Below are positions 25,524 through 38,263 of a stretch of DNA of 64,000 bases, one piece after another; position 1 is the first letter of the stretch; the number at the start of each line of letters is the position of its first letter. The position numbers were made by a program, and so were the translations under genes. The stretch lies in the NCBI GenBank assembly GCA_951406725.2, contig OX597814.1, positions 93,992,001-94,056,000 on the forward strand, given 5' to 3'. Under the pieces are notes generated by a model that ran no database searches, was not told where the DNA came from, and saw only the letters and a program-made list of their open reading frames with translations. The stretch comes from Octopus vulgaris (Eukaryota).

Positions 25524-27215
25524 TAAATTTAGAAAGAGTATCTAAGTCTTTCGTATTGCTGCAATATGGGTGCCATTTGTGCAGAGGGTAATCGAAATAC
25601 AAACAAAATGGGAGCGAACAGTTGAACACGTTTACTGTGATAATTAACGTCCACGTTTGACAGAAATGGTAACAACGATGGTTATTTTAATTTTGATAAT
25701 GCTAATGATAATTATGGTGTTATTAGTTATGATAATTGTTGTGATAATAGTCATTATTTCAATGACAATTTGCAATGATAGAACTCAATTTCTTTTTACA
25801 TCGATTCGACTTTTCTGCTTTCTGGATTGTAAAACATTGTTTTGAAATAACATTTTCTAGGTTAAAGAATATATTTAAATACTTGAGCCTGGGGATATGC
25901 TTGTGTTATATATCATGAATATTATTTTATAATTACATCTATAGTCATGCCTTTATAATAAATACCTTGTATTTTAGTGGTTTAAAAGAAAAATTTCAAC
26001 CTTAGAGCACTGCAATTACGAAATAACTGTCTCTGACGCTATAAATTATTTATGAAAGATATTCCAAGTAGATAGATATTCTTTGAGTCTGCTTAGTTTC
26101 GTATTCATTATATGTTCGAAGAATTTACATGAAGATTGCTTTGGTAAAAAATTTTTTAAATACAATCACGGTTTCATAGATCATGTATTACGTTTGATGT
26201 TATATAATATGATTCGGACAAGAATTCAATTGAAAGAACTTTCAACTTTAGATAAATATATAAACAAGAAATTATGCATGTACGTTTAAATATTTGTTGT
26301 GCAAGATTTTTTATGTGAAGTCGTGTGTTGAAACAGATATTCAACTGACACTATCGACAGCATTTTTAAACACACATACAAATACACACACACACACACA
26401 TACACATGTACACATAATTGTGTGCGCGCTTGATTGTTCAGTTTTAGACATTGTTCCACTTTGCCGAAAGAATCGTATTATGACAATGCTATAAGTTTTA
26501 AGGTAAAGCGGAATATCTAATTATTAACATGTATGCGTGTGTTAATGTATTTTACAAAAATTAAACACAACACCTTGTTGAATTATTTATCGACCTCTGA
26601 AAGTGTGTATCAGTTTCTTACATAAAAGTCATGACTATTGTAAGAAAATCAGCTTCTGACCTGTTATCCTTAGATTCAAGTTTTTTTTTTTTCTGTCGGG
26701 AAACCTTAGCTTATAGGAAATATTCTTTATAACATACAGGTATCCCCTGAATATTTTGGTCTTAAATTTCGTCTGCAAGATTCTTGTGTGATTCTGTGCT
26801 GGTCCTGCGATATTACTGATTCAGACATTGCTATATTCTAAATCAATTTTAGCCTTCTAAGAAAAATTCTTCTTTATGCGCAACATTCTGATACAGAACA
26901 CGATTTTAGCTTTCTTCCTTTGTTTTTATTATACGAATATTTTCCGAGGAGTCGACCTGGCAAAATTGCTACAACGGCGAAAAAATATTCTTGCTCGCAT
27001 TGAACTCCGGTTTGAAATCTCAACGAAATTGAATTTTCTTTAATCCTTTCAGAACCAATGAAATGAATTACCAGATAAATACTGCGGCCGATATTGTTTA
27101 CTAATCCCACCTCTGCCTAAAGGAATGTTGGGTTTAATCCTAAACTAGAATTAATTGTATGAGTACTTTCTGGAGGAAACGGCGTGGAAGAAAGAACGTT
27201 AGGTTTAATTTATTA

Positions 27216-27819
27216 AGATATTTACCTTTTGACGCACAGATTTGAAAATAATTTTTTAAACTAAACACTTTAAAATTTCGGACACTGGTACAACGTGTCA
27301 TATAAAACATCTTTTACGCTTAGCTTTATATTTACGAAGTAATTTCACGTAAAAGTAGGCCTATTTCGGTAATTTCAACCAATCAATGACGTGTATTCAG
27401 CTGAATAAAATTACTGCCGTTGTTTGTCAACAAGAACTTCCGGTGGTGTATTTTTCGTTTGTCACTGATATTTATGACATCGTCCATGCGTTTGTACTGG
27501 TTTTAGCTTTAAGGATTTAGGGTTAGGGTTTTAGGGTTTGTCATAAATAACAGTGACAAACGAAAAATACACCGCCGGAAGTTCTTGTTGACAAACAACG
27601 GCAGTAATTTTATTCAGCTGAATACACGTCATTGATTGGTTGAAATTACCGAAGTAGGCCTACTTTAACGTGAAATTACTTGGTAAATATAAGTTTATCT
27701 CAAAAATGCTAAGAGTAAAAGATGTTTTATATGACACATTGTACCGGTGTCCAAAATTTGAAAGTGTTTAGTTACGAAAAATTATTCTTTAAATCTGTAC
27801 GTCAAAAATGTAAAGATCT
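27216..27819. mobile_element. Foldback/MITE with about 260-bp TIRs and a TTAGGG-containing spacer
   Basis: Arms about 27216-27479 and 27539-27819 are reverse complements; the spacer contains ttagggttagggttttagggtt. Confidence 0.88.
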
Positions 27820-28751
27820 ATTTATTATGGTACGTAGATACTTCCAATTACATTTTTAGTTCAAATCTTATGAGGATCGAATTTAGATTTTCATACTGCT
27901 AACAAGAATTCATTGGAACTGATACAACCAAATATAATATACTTTTGAATAAAATTAACTGTTTAGAGAATATACAAAAAATCAATATTAAGGAGAAACT
28001 TTTGTGAGCACGAAAAGTAGGAAGTTCTTGGTGAGTCTAGATAATGACCCAGCTAAAAGTAATAACGTTTTCTTCATGCTAATAATAGGCTACAAAAATT
28101 ATGAATGCCGTAACATTACATTTTCTCTTCCCTGCGAGTATAGTGATACGTGTCTTGTTAAAAAAAAATACAGATTTCTTTTAGAAATATCAATAATATA
28201 CTTTGCATGCAAGCCAACACAATTACAATAGTTAAACGAAAAAGAGAAAGAATATAAAATGCATACATAGCAAAAAGAAAGAAAGAAAGAAAGAAAATGA
28301 AAATGAAAATAAAATTCAGATTAGCTGAAAGGAAATTTTAGAATTTCATCAAAGTATTATTCTGAAGTTGGAAATAATTCTTTGTTTTTCTTTCTCCGAA
28401 GTAAAACACCTTTTGTTTTCTTGCAATCAATCATTTTTTTTTTTGCTGTTATGATACATTCACTGTCAGGCTTCAAAAGCATTTTTTTTTTTTGTATTTT
28501 CGATTGTTTTTGAGTCAACTTGCTTAGGTAATAAGAAATAAACGTCTTCTACACTTACTATTATACTCCTTCTTGAAAAATAGGCAAAAATTAAAAAAAA
28601 TTAAGTGTAAAAAGACATAAAATCCTCACAAACCATATTTGTAATTAAAGTAGAACACAGAACTGCGTAAATACACAGACTAAAGAAGATAATGTCAAAT
28701 TTTACAATCAGTATATTTAGTGAAACATTTAGCTGATATACTGTTGTCAAA

Positions 28752-29158
28752 GGCGGCGAGCTGGTAGAAACGTTACCGCGCCGAGCGAAATGCGTAGCCG
28801 TATTTCGTCTGCCGTTACGTTCAAATTCCGCCAAGGTTGACTTTGCCTTTCATTCTTTTGGGGTCGATTAAATAAGTACCATTTACGCACTTTGGTCGAT
28901 ATAATCGACTTAATCCGTTTGTCTGTCCTTGTTTGTCCTCTCTGTGTTTAGCCCCTTGTGGGTAGTAAAGAAATAGGTATTTCGTCTGCCGTTACGTTCT
29001 GAGTTCAAATTCCGCCGTTGTCGACTTTGCCTTTCATCCTTTCAGGGTCGATTAAATAAGTACCATTTACGCACTGGGGTCGATATAATCGACTTAATCT
29101 GTTTGTCTGTCCTTGTTTGTCCTCTCTGTGTTTAGCCCTTTGTGGGTAGTATAGAAAT
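28752..29158 (+). mobile_element. SINE family D, dimeric body, with 15-bp TSD
   Basis: Head ggcggcgagctggtagaaacgtt followed by two units of about 180 bp; TSD tgatatactgttgtc at 28734-28748 and 29159-29173. Confidence 0.88.
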
Positions 29159-30419
29159 TGATATACTGTTGTCTCAGTGTTTTTATTCTTCACTTTAGTG
29201 TGAGGAATAGAAGTAGTAAAGTATAGGACAAAATATTGTACCTACTGAATTTAAATTTTTCATGCGTTTCATTTACCGTTCATTATTCTATAGTCGCACA
29301 AAATGAGAAAAAGTAAAACAAAAAGCAGTATTGAAGTAGAACAAATTGAGTGTAGTATCTTCACAACAGCCTGTAGCATCTACCAATGTGAAGAATCAAT
29401 ATTCAGTTATATTATCGAGAGAATAATCAGAAATTACATATTGAATTCGTATAAAAGAGAAGAGAAATATACGAGTTTCACTTTAGCAATGTTATATGAA
29501 TGTGTTATAAGATAATAAGGTATTCCTATTACGTGAGATTCGTACCTTCTGCAATGAAATTAGTGAGATATGGTTTCTCAAGAAAATTCGTGACATAAGC
29601 CTCAAATCTCAAATTGAAACATCCTGTGAAATCACTCCACTGGTATTTTACCTCTAAAACATAACACTCACCTCGGAACTTTAACACTAAAAGAAAAGAG
29701 AAGAGAAACGAATTTTTTCATAATTAGGGAAGACCAAAAACATATACACAGATAGATGACATGAAAATTAAAAGCTTTCTGCATATTATACCCGATGAAA
29801 TTTACTACTTATAAAAGCAATCACATATAATTAAAGTGACAATGTCCTAAAAATATGCTTCAACACATGAACTCACATAAAGAATCTTGCAAACCAAATC
29901 CCAAAATGAAGTAAAATAAGCTTTGGCCAGGCTAGCAAGACGCTGAGTAACACCGTGTTCTGCTGTCTAAAAATTAAAATGGCTACCCTACAGCTCCACT
30001 TCATTAAACATGCATTCCCTCCAAGCTATACACGAAATCTATCAATTCGGTTGTGAAACGTCTTGGACTCCCAGAACATCAAGCAAGAAAAGTAAAACAC
30101 ATGATGTTACAAAACATCAAAAAAAAAAGAAAAGAAAAATATACACAGAAATCAACCAGTACCAAAAACGAAAGAGAGTCCTGCTACATGAACAAAAAAA
30201 CATCACCACTACACCTCACGAAACATCCAACAAGAATACCACTGAGTAAACCATGCCGGTAACAAACACGTCAACAATAAGCTCAAGTGGATGAAACAGT
30301 AACAACAAGGATCCCAGCATGGTAAGGATGAATACAAATACCCAAATAGTATCGACGGGATTGTCATGTCGGAATTTAAACTACCAGAAGACTCGGCGCC
30401 AGGGCACTGTAAACAATGC

Positions 30420-31050
30420 CTCCACCACTACCACCACCACCAACAACAACAACAACAACAACGACAATTATATTTCTGGAATATACGGTGCAGTATAGAT
30501 AGATACAGATGAAATGCATGCTTTAGAGATACCACCAAAATTCCCTACATATAAAAAAGATGAGAAAAATTGTTTGTCTATCTGAACTTGAAAAAACGTT
30601 CTTAAAATTAACATGGAGGTTAGGAGAATACAACAACAACACAGTACAACAACAACAACAGCCAAAACAACGACAATAACAATAATGATGTCGATGACAA
30701 CAACAATAGTGGCAATAATAATAACAGCAATGATAACCCCATTTCCCACTCAAACAACTATAACAACAACAACACAAGCATACGAAAGCGAAACAACTAT
30801 TATAATAACAACAATAACGGTGATAATAGCAACAGCTACAATGACGACATCTCACAGACAGACAATGCCAACCATATGATTCACGTCACTACCAACAACA
30901 CCACCCACGTCAACACCAACACCAGCCGCAATAATAACAACAACAATGGACACAACACAAGCACTATCATCACCACCACCACCACCACAACCGCCAGCAA
31001 CTACTACAACAACCACAACGATAATAACACCCTACACTGCCTTCTATAAC
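30420..31050. repeat. Degenerate (CAA/CCA/TAA)n low-complexity tract
   Basis: Seen directly; lies immediately upstream of the PLE ORF remnant. Confidence 0.8.
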
Positions 31051-31059
31051 CCTAACAAC

Positions 31060-33790
31060 AAATCTTATTAAATGACGATGATCTATCCCACAGACTTACC
31101 CTTCAACAAAAGGGTATGTATCCCACCCCAGATTGACAGTGAAGCAGAAGCAAAGATCTCCTTAGCTAGAAATAGACTCCAACACATCTTAGACCGGTAC
31201 AACAAAACCACTAAAAAACATAATGAGGAGGGGACCCACCAACTCATCTGTTGCTAAAGGTCTACAGAAACTGTAGCAGTGAATTAGGAATAGGGAATTA
31301 GTAAGCCTCTCTACGATCAAGTCTGGTAGACTGTCAACAGACAGCCCACGGAATTCTGTCCAGACCATGCAACAACATATCAGTAGCATGAGAGGAGTTG
31401 CACCACAGGAACCTGAAAGAGCGGAAAACTCTTCAATGCACACATGGAAATGTGGTGCAACATACTCCAACTTAAGAAACGGCCTGCACATAATTTCCCA
31501 GCATCCAACAACGATGTTCCAACGCTATACGGGTTACGCAAAGACCATAAATCCTACGTAAACCCAGTTAAGGGGCCTCGAGCCCAACCAGTTTGCGGAG
31601 CGAATATGTCCAGTAATTATAGATGGTCCTACTTCCTCTTAGAGGTGTTACCACCTCTCATAATAATGTCCCCAGATGTTTGTATTAGCACGGAGGATCT
31701 CCTCAGTAAAATTAGTACTTGCAACCACTCCAACGACCTCACAGGTTGTGTAGTGGGTAGTATGAAGGTAATTTCACTCTACATATCTATTGACATAGGT
31801 TTTGCTATTGAGAAATGCATTGAAATAATCTGTGAGAGTGAAGTAGAGTTCTGTGAAATCAATATACGAGAACTAGGCCTCCTCCTTAGACTAAGCTACG
31901 ACAAAGTCTATTTAGACGATCATGAACTCAGTAGATTCTGCCCCACCAGATCACAGAGGGAAAGACCACCTCAGCAGTGAAGTAAAGCACCGCAGAGTGC
32001 TGGGATGGCTGGAATGCACCCACCCAAGACCCTAACAATCAGGTGAAAGGAATGGTCGCTCAAACAACAGGGGCTAGCGTAAGAACCACTTTGAAGAACC
32101 ACCTAGTAAAGTTTAAGAAGAAACTATAAATTCAGGTTCAATGTGCAGTCATTGGTGTCGGTATTGTTGGAGATATAACCGACCTCTTCATGATCTGGTG
32201 GGACAAAAACTTAAGCAATCCTTAGCAGAATAGTCCACAACTCTTTTACTTTACAGTAGGTATGTAGACGACATTAATATCCTAGTTAAGACCAACTCCA
32301 GTAACGGTAATGTAGAAACTGAGCAAAACATAATGCAGAGCATCTATCTAGTAGCTAACTCTATTCACCAATATATTAAGGCAGCTATATATTGCCCCAC
32401 AAGGCACCCTAACAATAGACTCCCTAAATTTGGTTAGAGACTGCGAACAACAATGAGCTTCTCCTCCATTTCTATTACATGAAACCCATAGCTTCGAAAT
32501 ATGTTGTTTACAAGAACTCATCTTTGTCACACAACATGAAAATTAACATACCGATAGCAGACTTAGTTAGGATAATGATCAACGTGTCCCCACTATGCAA
32601 AACCTATGAAACGAAGAAACATGTACAGAACTTCCTCCACCCTATGAAATTCGAGTACACGGGGTGAAAGAAAGAAGTTAGATAACATTATATGTAATGA
32701 AACCAGTGGTACCTGACCTACATATAGAAGCGAAGACTGAAACAAAATACAAAGAGCTTGTGACAAAGTATACAGGGAGAACAGGTGGTATAAAACTAAC
32801 AAATACCAAGGAGTGGTGTTTGTAGAGGCTACAGTCCATGGAGAACTAGCCTGTAGATTTAGGAAAGCTCTGAAGGAGACCAAACTCAACATTAAGATTG
32901 TTGTAAAGCTAGTGAGTTCCATCAGATCATAACTATGTAGGACTTATACCTTTGAGAATATCATACGCGCCAATGATAACTGCATGGTGTGTAGGATTAA
33001 CCCTGACATTAACTGTAGAACTAGAAATGTAGTCTACAGCATAAGATGTATAGAAAGTGCTTGTAAAGACATGAACATGACATACATAGCAGAGACATCT
33101 AGGAGCCTTGCGGAAAGACTAAATGAACATTTGAGACAAAATAACGACAGAAAACAGTCCTCCATAATCTACCAACATGCCAAGGACCGACATGGAGGCA
33201 ACCTGGGTCAACTTGACATCCGCATTTGATCCAAGCACTCAAAGGACCCACTCTCAGAGAAATACAGGAGTACATTATCATGAAACATCCCCCAGTGCTA
33301 AATAGGAAATATACGTAGTAGGTAATCGTACCCTCATAACTACAGTTTATATTTATATACAGGTAGAATAGTTAGTGGGCTGTTATGTGAATGTTTGTGT
33401 GTGTGTGTGTGTGTGTGCGTGTGTGTGTGTGTGTCTGTGTGTGTCTGTGTGTGAGTATACGTATATGTATATGCATATGTATGTAGGCAAATGGACATAA
33501 ATGTAAACCGATAGGCATACAGACAGATAGGTACATAGGTAATATGAACAAACAAGCACAAGTTCACACATTCTTAAACCTGAAACACATGATCATATAC
33601 ATACGTCACTTCACACAATGATACATAGGTACACACACTAGTTACTATTGTGTGCCAGACACAAGCAGAACATATAAATTTCATACATAACATGCTTTAG
33701 AGCATTGGTTTCACTTGTTGTAATAGGAGTGTCAGGCGAAATTGTGACCCGGTAGGAAACTGGAATGGAACGCTAGCACAGACCATAACA
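31060..33790 (+). mobile_element. Penelope-like element (RT plus C-terminal GIY-YIG), pseudogenised, with 3' pseudo-LTR region
   Basis: PTLYGLRKDHK..GPRAQPVCGA, VVGSMKVISLYISID (motif A), GVGIVGDITDLFMIWWD (motif B), YSRYVDDINI (YVDD 32261-32272), FYYMKPIAS, and GIY-YIG C..C...NCRTRNVVYSIRC...YIAETSRSLAERLNEH (32984-33229). Confidence 0.9.
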
Positions 33791-33792
33791 TA

Positions 33793-35079
33793 CGAGGGGC
33801 GTTCAATAAGTAATGCCTCTGACCCACTTGTATTTGTTTGATCTTGTATTTGTTTGAAAATTTATATGTGCAATTATTTATATCTCTATAGATTAAGTGG
33901 CAAATTACAGCTCTGAACTAATTTTGGTTTCTGATATACAGGTGTTTGAACTGAGTCAAGTGTGAAATGGAGCCTGTTGAGTGTCGAGCAGTGATCTGGT
34001 TTTTGTATTTGAAAGGACGCACACCACGGGAGACTTTTGATGAAATGAAAGTAACTTATGGTGATAATGCCCCAACATATGACCTTGTAAAACGCTGGCA
34101 TCGTGAATTCAAACATGGTTGGAACTCTGTGGAAACAGCTCCCAGATCTGGTTGCCCCCCCTTCTGCATCTGTCCGTCAAGTTGAGGCTGCCATTTTGGA
34201 AGATCGACGCATAATTATTCGCCAAATAGCCCATGAGGTCAAGTTTAGTACCGGGTCTGTGAAAACTATCATTCATGACCATTTGCATATGCAAAAGGTG
34301 TCTGCCAGATGGATTCCCAGGTTGCTCACACCTTTCCAGAAGCAAGAACTCGTCGAGTGCTCGAGGGTGAATTTGGAGACGTACCAAGAAGATGAGTCAA
34401 ACTTTTTCAAAAGACTGATTACACAGGATGAAACCTGGGTCCATCACTATGATCCAGAGACCAAAGCCCAGTCAATGCAGTGGAAGCACCGTGACTCACC
34501 TCCTCCAAAGAAGGCAAGGGTGCAGCCCTCCGCTGGCAAGGTCGTGCTCACAGTCTTCTGGGACCAGGACGGAGTAGTGATGACAGATTTCCTGGCAAAG
34601 GGTACCACATTTACAGGAGCCTATTATGCTTCACTTTTGATGAAATTAAGAGAAGTTATCAAAATCAAGAGGCGAGGCAAGATCAGCAAAGGCATCCTCC
34701 TCCTGCAGGACAAAGCTCCGGTCTACAACTCGCGTGTCGCCAGATCAGAAACACAGGCATGTGGCTATGAACTCCTCCCCCATCCCCCTACTCTCCTGAC
34801 CTTGCACCCTCTGATTTTCACCTCTTCCCAGCCATGAAGTTGTTTTTGAAAGGAAAGCGTTTCCCAGATGATGCAGCCTTGATTTCTGATGTCACGTCGT
34901 GGTTGGAGGACCAAGCTGGGGTCTTCTACAAAAACGGTATCCAGGGTTGCATCAAACGATGGAGAAATGTGTAACTCTGAGTGGTTCCTATGTAGAAAAA
35001 GACTAATAACTGTGCCAAGTTTCGTTGCTCTACTGCTATGGGAAGTGGGTCAGGGGCATTACTTATTGAACGTCCCTCG
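33793..35079 (+). mobile_element. Full-length mariner (DD34D) element, 1287 bp, frameshifted transposase at about 33967-35005
   Basis: TA|cgaggggcgttcaataagtaatgcc ... ggcattacttattgaacgtccctcg|TA; motifs WIPRLL, ITQDETWV, LLQDKAP and (after a shift) YSPDLAPSDFHLF. Confidence 0.95.
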
Positions 35080-35250
35080 TATGACAGAAGAGGATCCCCA
35101 TAAACTGGTTACAATATAAACAAAACCGAAAACATAAATAAAATACACAGGTAAATAAACAAATAGAAATAAATAACTAGATAGGTTTTTTGGGTTTCTT
35201 TTAAATTTAAAAAATTTTTTGTATTTTTTAAATTAAATTTTTTTTTAATG

Positions 35251-35284
<34 letters not shown>

Positions 35285-35329
35285 GTTATTACTAGTATTA
35301 TTGTTATACATACATCCATACAAGCATAC

Positions 35330-35423
<94 letters not shown>

Positions 35424-35429
35424 TAATAA

Positions 35430-35868
35430 TAAGTGGATGTAAACATGAACAAAATGAAAAAACACAATTACACGGATGTATATAAACAGAATATACAAAG
35501 ATTACAGACATTTTCCCCACACACACATACACGCTAACTAAATATAGACGCACATAGAGATATACGCATGCGCAAATGAAGACACATACCATATAAATAC
35601 AAAATGGCTGACAGTTAGTTAGGAGAGACACAAATAAGAAAGAAGAAAGCAAAGTACCATTGATGCGGTCACAGGAGTGTGACGAAAGAACTCTGGCCGA
35701 AATAAGATTAAGATTAATGTAAAAAATGAATAACACTGGAGCAAAGTAACACCAAATATATAGTGCGTATGTTTTTTATTGGCTAAACTGGCAAAATGAC
35801 CATTTCGAAATACAACAATGTCTGTTTCAACACACGACTTCACATAAAAAATCTTACACAACAAAGAT
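35430..35868 (+). repeat. About 430-bp non-coding repeat carrying a type I hammerhead motif; inverted copy at 63540-63905, fragment at 26292-26341
   Basis: The two long copies align throughout; the motif lies at 35654-35699. Confidence 0.75.
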
Positions 35869-35871
35869 ATA

Positions 35872-35928
<57 letters not shown>

Positions 35929-35969
35929 ATATGCACTTATGTATATCTATATTTATGCATAAATATATA

Positions 35970-36900
35970 CAGGGTGCGTAAGGTATTTGAGGACATACCC
36001 TTTTTAAGTCATTGCTGCATCTTTTTGCTAAGTCTGTATAATCTTTGTTTCAGAAAATAACAATGGTAGACTCTTAGCTTACTCAAGAAATGAAGGAGCA
36101 TGCTGTTATTGTATTTATAAAAAGTGAGCATAGCGATTTAGAAATATATGGAATTTTAAAAGTTGCCAGATCTTTCGTCTACAAAGTTTTTAAAGAGCTA
36201 GAGACTAAAGATGGAAACGCATCACAGTATCAAAGCATTAAAAGCATTCTAAATGCTCTGAAATTATCAGAACACCTGAATTGATCCAGCAAGTTCAACA
36301 GAAAGTCCATGAGGTCAATTGCAAAAGAGCTCCATGTGTCAGAATGTACAGTCAGAGATGTTGCCCGCAAAGAGATCAGCTATATGTTTTATATGGTGGG
36401 GAAATGCCAGTTTGTCAGAAAAAGCAAAAGAAAATCACTACATCGGATCTAAAAGGCTCTTAAACAAACTGAAAAATCCAGCAGAAGATTTGATTTGGTT
36501 TTTCTCAAACGAGAAAAGCTTCGACCAAGAGAAATGACAGATAGTTATGTACAGACACTTCTGGAGTTCCAAGTATTATGCTTACAGAATTTCCTACAAC
36601 TGTCATGGTTTTAGGTTCGTCAGCAATGAAGGACATGTGATGCCTCCTTACTTCTGTCCACAAGGTCTTAGGGTTATCTCTGCCATCTAGATTGAGGTCC
36701 TGGAAATAATTGTTAAGCCCTGGATAGACAGTGTATGCAATAGAAGACCATATGTGTTTCAATAAGACTTTGCACTATCACACTTGGCTCTAGCAACATA
36801 GGAATGGATGGCTGAAACTATTCATGATCACATAACCCCTAACATCTGGCTTCCCAATTCCTTAGATCTCAATCCATTGGACTATTACATGTGGAGTGTT

Positions 36901-36961
<61 letters not shown>

Positions 36962-37237
36962 AATGAACACGCCTATAATACCAAAGAATCTTTGAAAGCT
37001 GCCATAGTCAGACTAATGTCCAAAATGAACCAGGATCACTTGATTAAAGCAAGTAGATGATTTAGATCTTATATAGAAGCAGTTGTTGGAGCTGAAGGTG
37101 GGTTTATTGAATAACATTATAGAAAAGATGGTTTATTTTTATCCTCATAACATTTTTCATAAATAAACTTATTATCTGTTATTATATATCTGTTTTTCAT
37201 AAACATAAATCTGTCTTTAAATATCTTACGCACCCTG
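35970..37237 (+). mobile_element. Tc1/mariner superfamily element, probably DD37D (maT), full length but decayed
   Basis: TA|cagggtgcgtaaggtatttgaggaca ... tgtctttaaatatcttacgcaccctg|TA; WFFSNEKSF, FQ*DFALSH and WLPNSLDLNPLDYYMWSVVE. Confidence 0.88.
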
Positions 37238-37246
37238 TATTGAAAT

Positions 37247-37329
<83 letters not shown>

Positions 37330-37338
37330 TAGATAGAG

Positions 37339-37407
<69 letters not shown>

Positions 37408-37411
37408 TAGT

Positions 37412-37710
37412 GGAGGCGCAATGGCCCAGTGGTTAGGGCAGCGGACTCGCGGTCGTAGGATCGCGGTTTCGTTTCCCAGACCGGGTGTTGTGAGTGTTTA
37501 TTGAGCGAAAACATCTAAAAGATCCACGAGGCTCCGGTAGGGGGTGGTGGAGGTCCCTGCTGTACAACTTTCTCTCACTCTTTCTTCTGTTGGCCTGCTC
37601 GCCTAGCCAGCGGGGTGGCGTCATTTGAAGGCTAAAACAATGCGAAGCGCATTGTGACCAGCGATGTGTAGCAACATTTGATAGCCTGGTCGGTCACGGT
37701 GATCACGATG
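37412..37710 (+). mobile_element. SINE family B
   Basis: Closely similar to 14167-14468 and 62908-63209. Confidence 0.9.
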
Positions 37711-37777
<67 letters not shown>

Positions 37778-37778
37778 T

Positions 37779-38263
37779 ATCACTTTGATCACTTTGACCG
37801 ACCAGTCCGTCAGGCGTCCATTTGACACCGCTGGTCACAGCACGCTGTCCACTCCTCTCTGGATCGCGCCTTTCTCATCCACGTGATCCCAATCGTCCTC
37901 CTGAAATCGTCACTCCACCGTCGTGGAGGTCTTCCGGGTGGTCTTTTCCGCTCACGCGGGTACCACTCGTCAACTGCGTGCGTCCACCGATTATCGGTGA
38001 GCCGGGCGACGTGTCCAGCCCATCTATACTTGCTGCGTGTATACTCTGCGATGACATCTCTCACGCTGAAAACATGGATCAGCTTCAGACCATGCTGACG
38101 GAGCTCGACATCAAAAGTTCTGCAGTAGGTCTCAAGATGAACCGCATGAAAACAAAGTTCATGCGGTCAGACAATGTACCAACAGGTCGAATGGTGAAAT
38201 GCAGTGATGAAATAGAGGAGGTGAGATAATATGTCTACCTGGGACAGGAAGTAAATATGTGCC

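Noticed and set aside
29930-30330. Possible RTE RT remnant (FGCETSW)
   Set aside because: A single weak motif with no colinear support.
30468-30879. Thr-rich mucin-like or Cys-rich ORFs
   Set aside because: They derive from degenerate CAA/TAA repeats and are open on both strands for compositional reasons.
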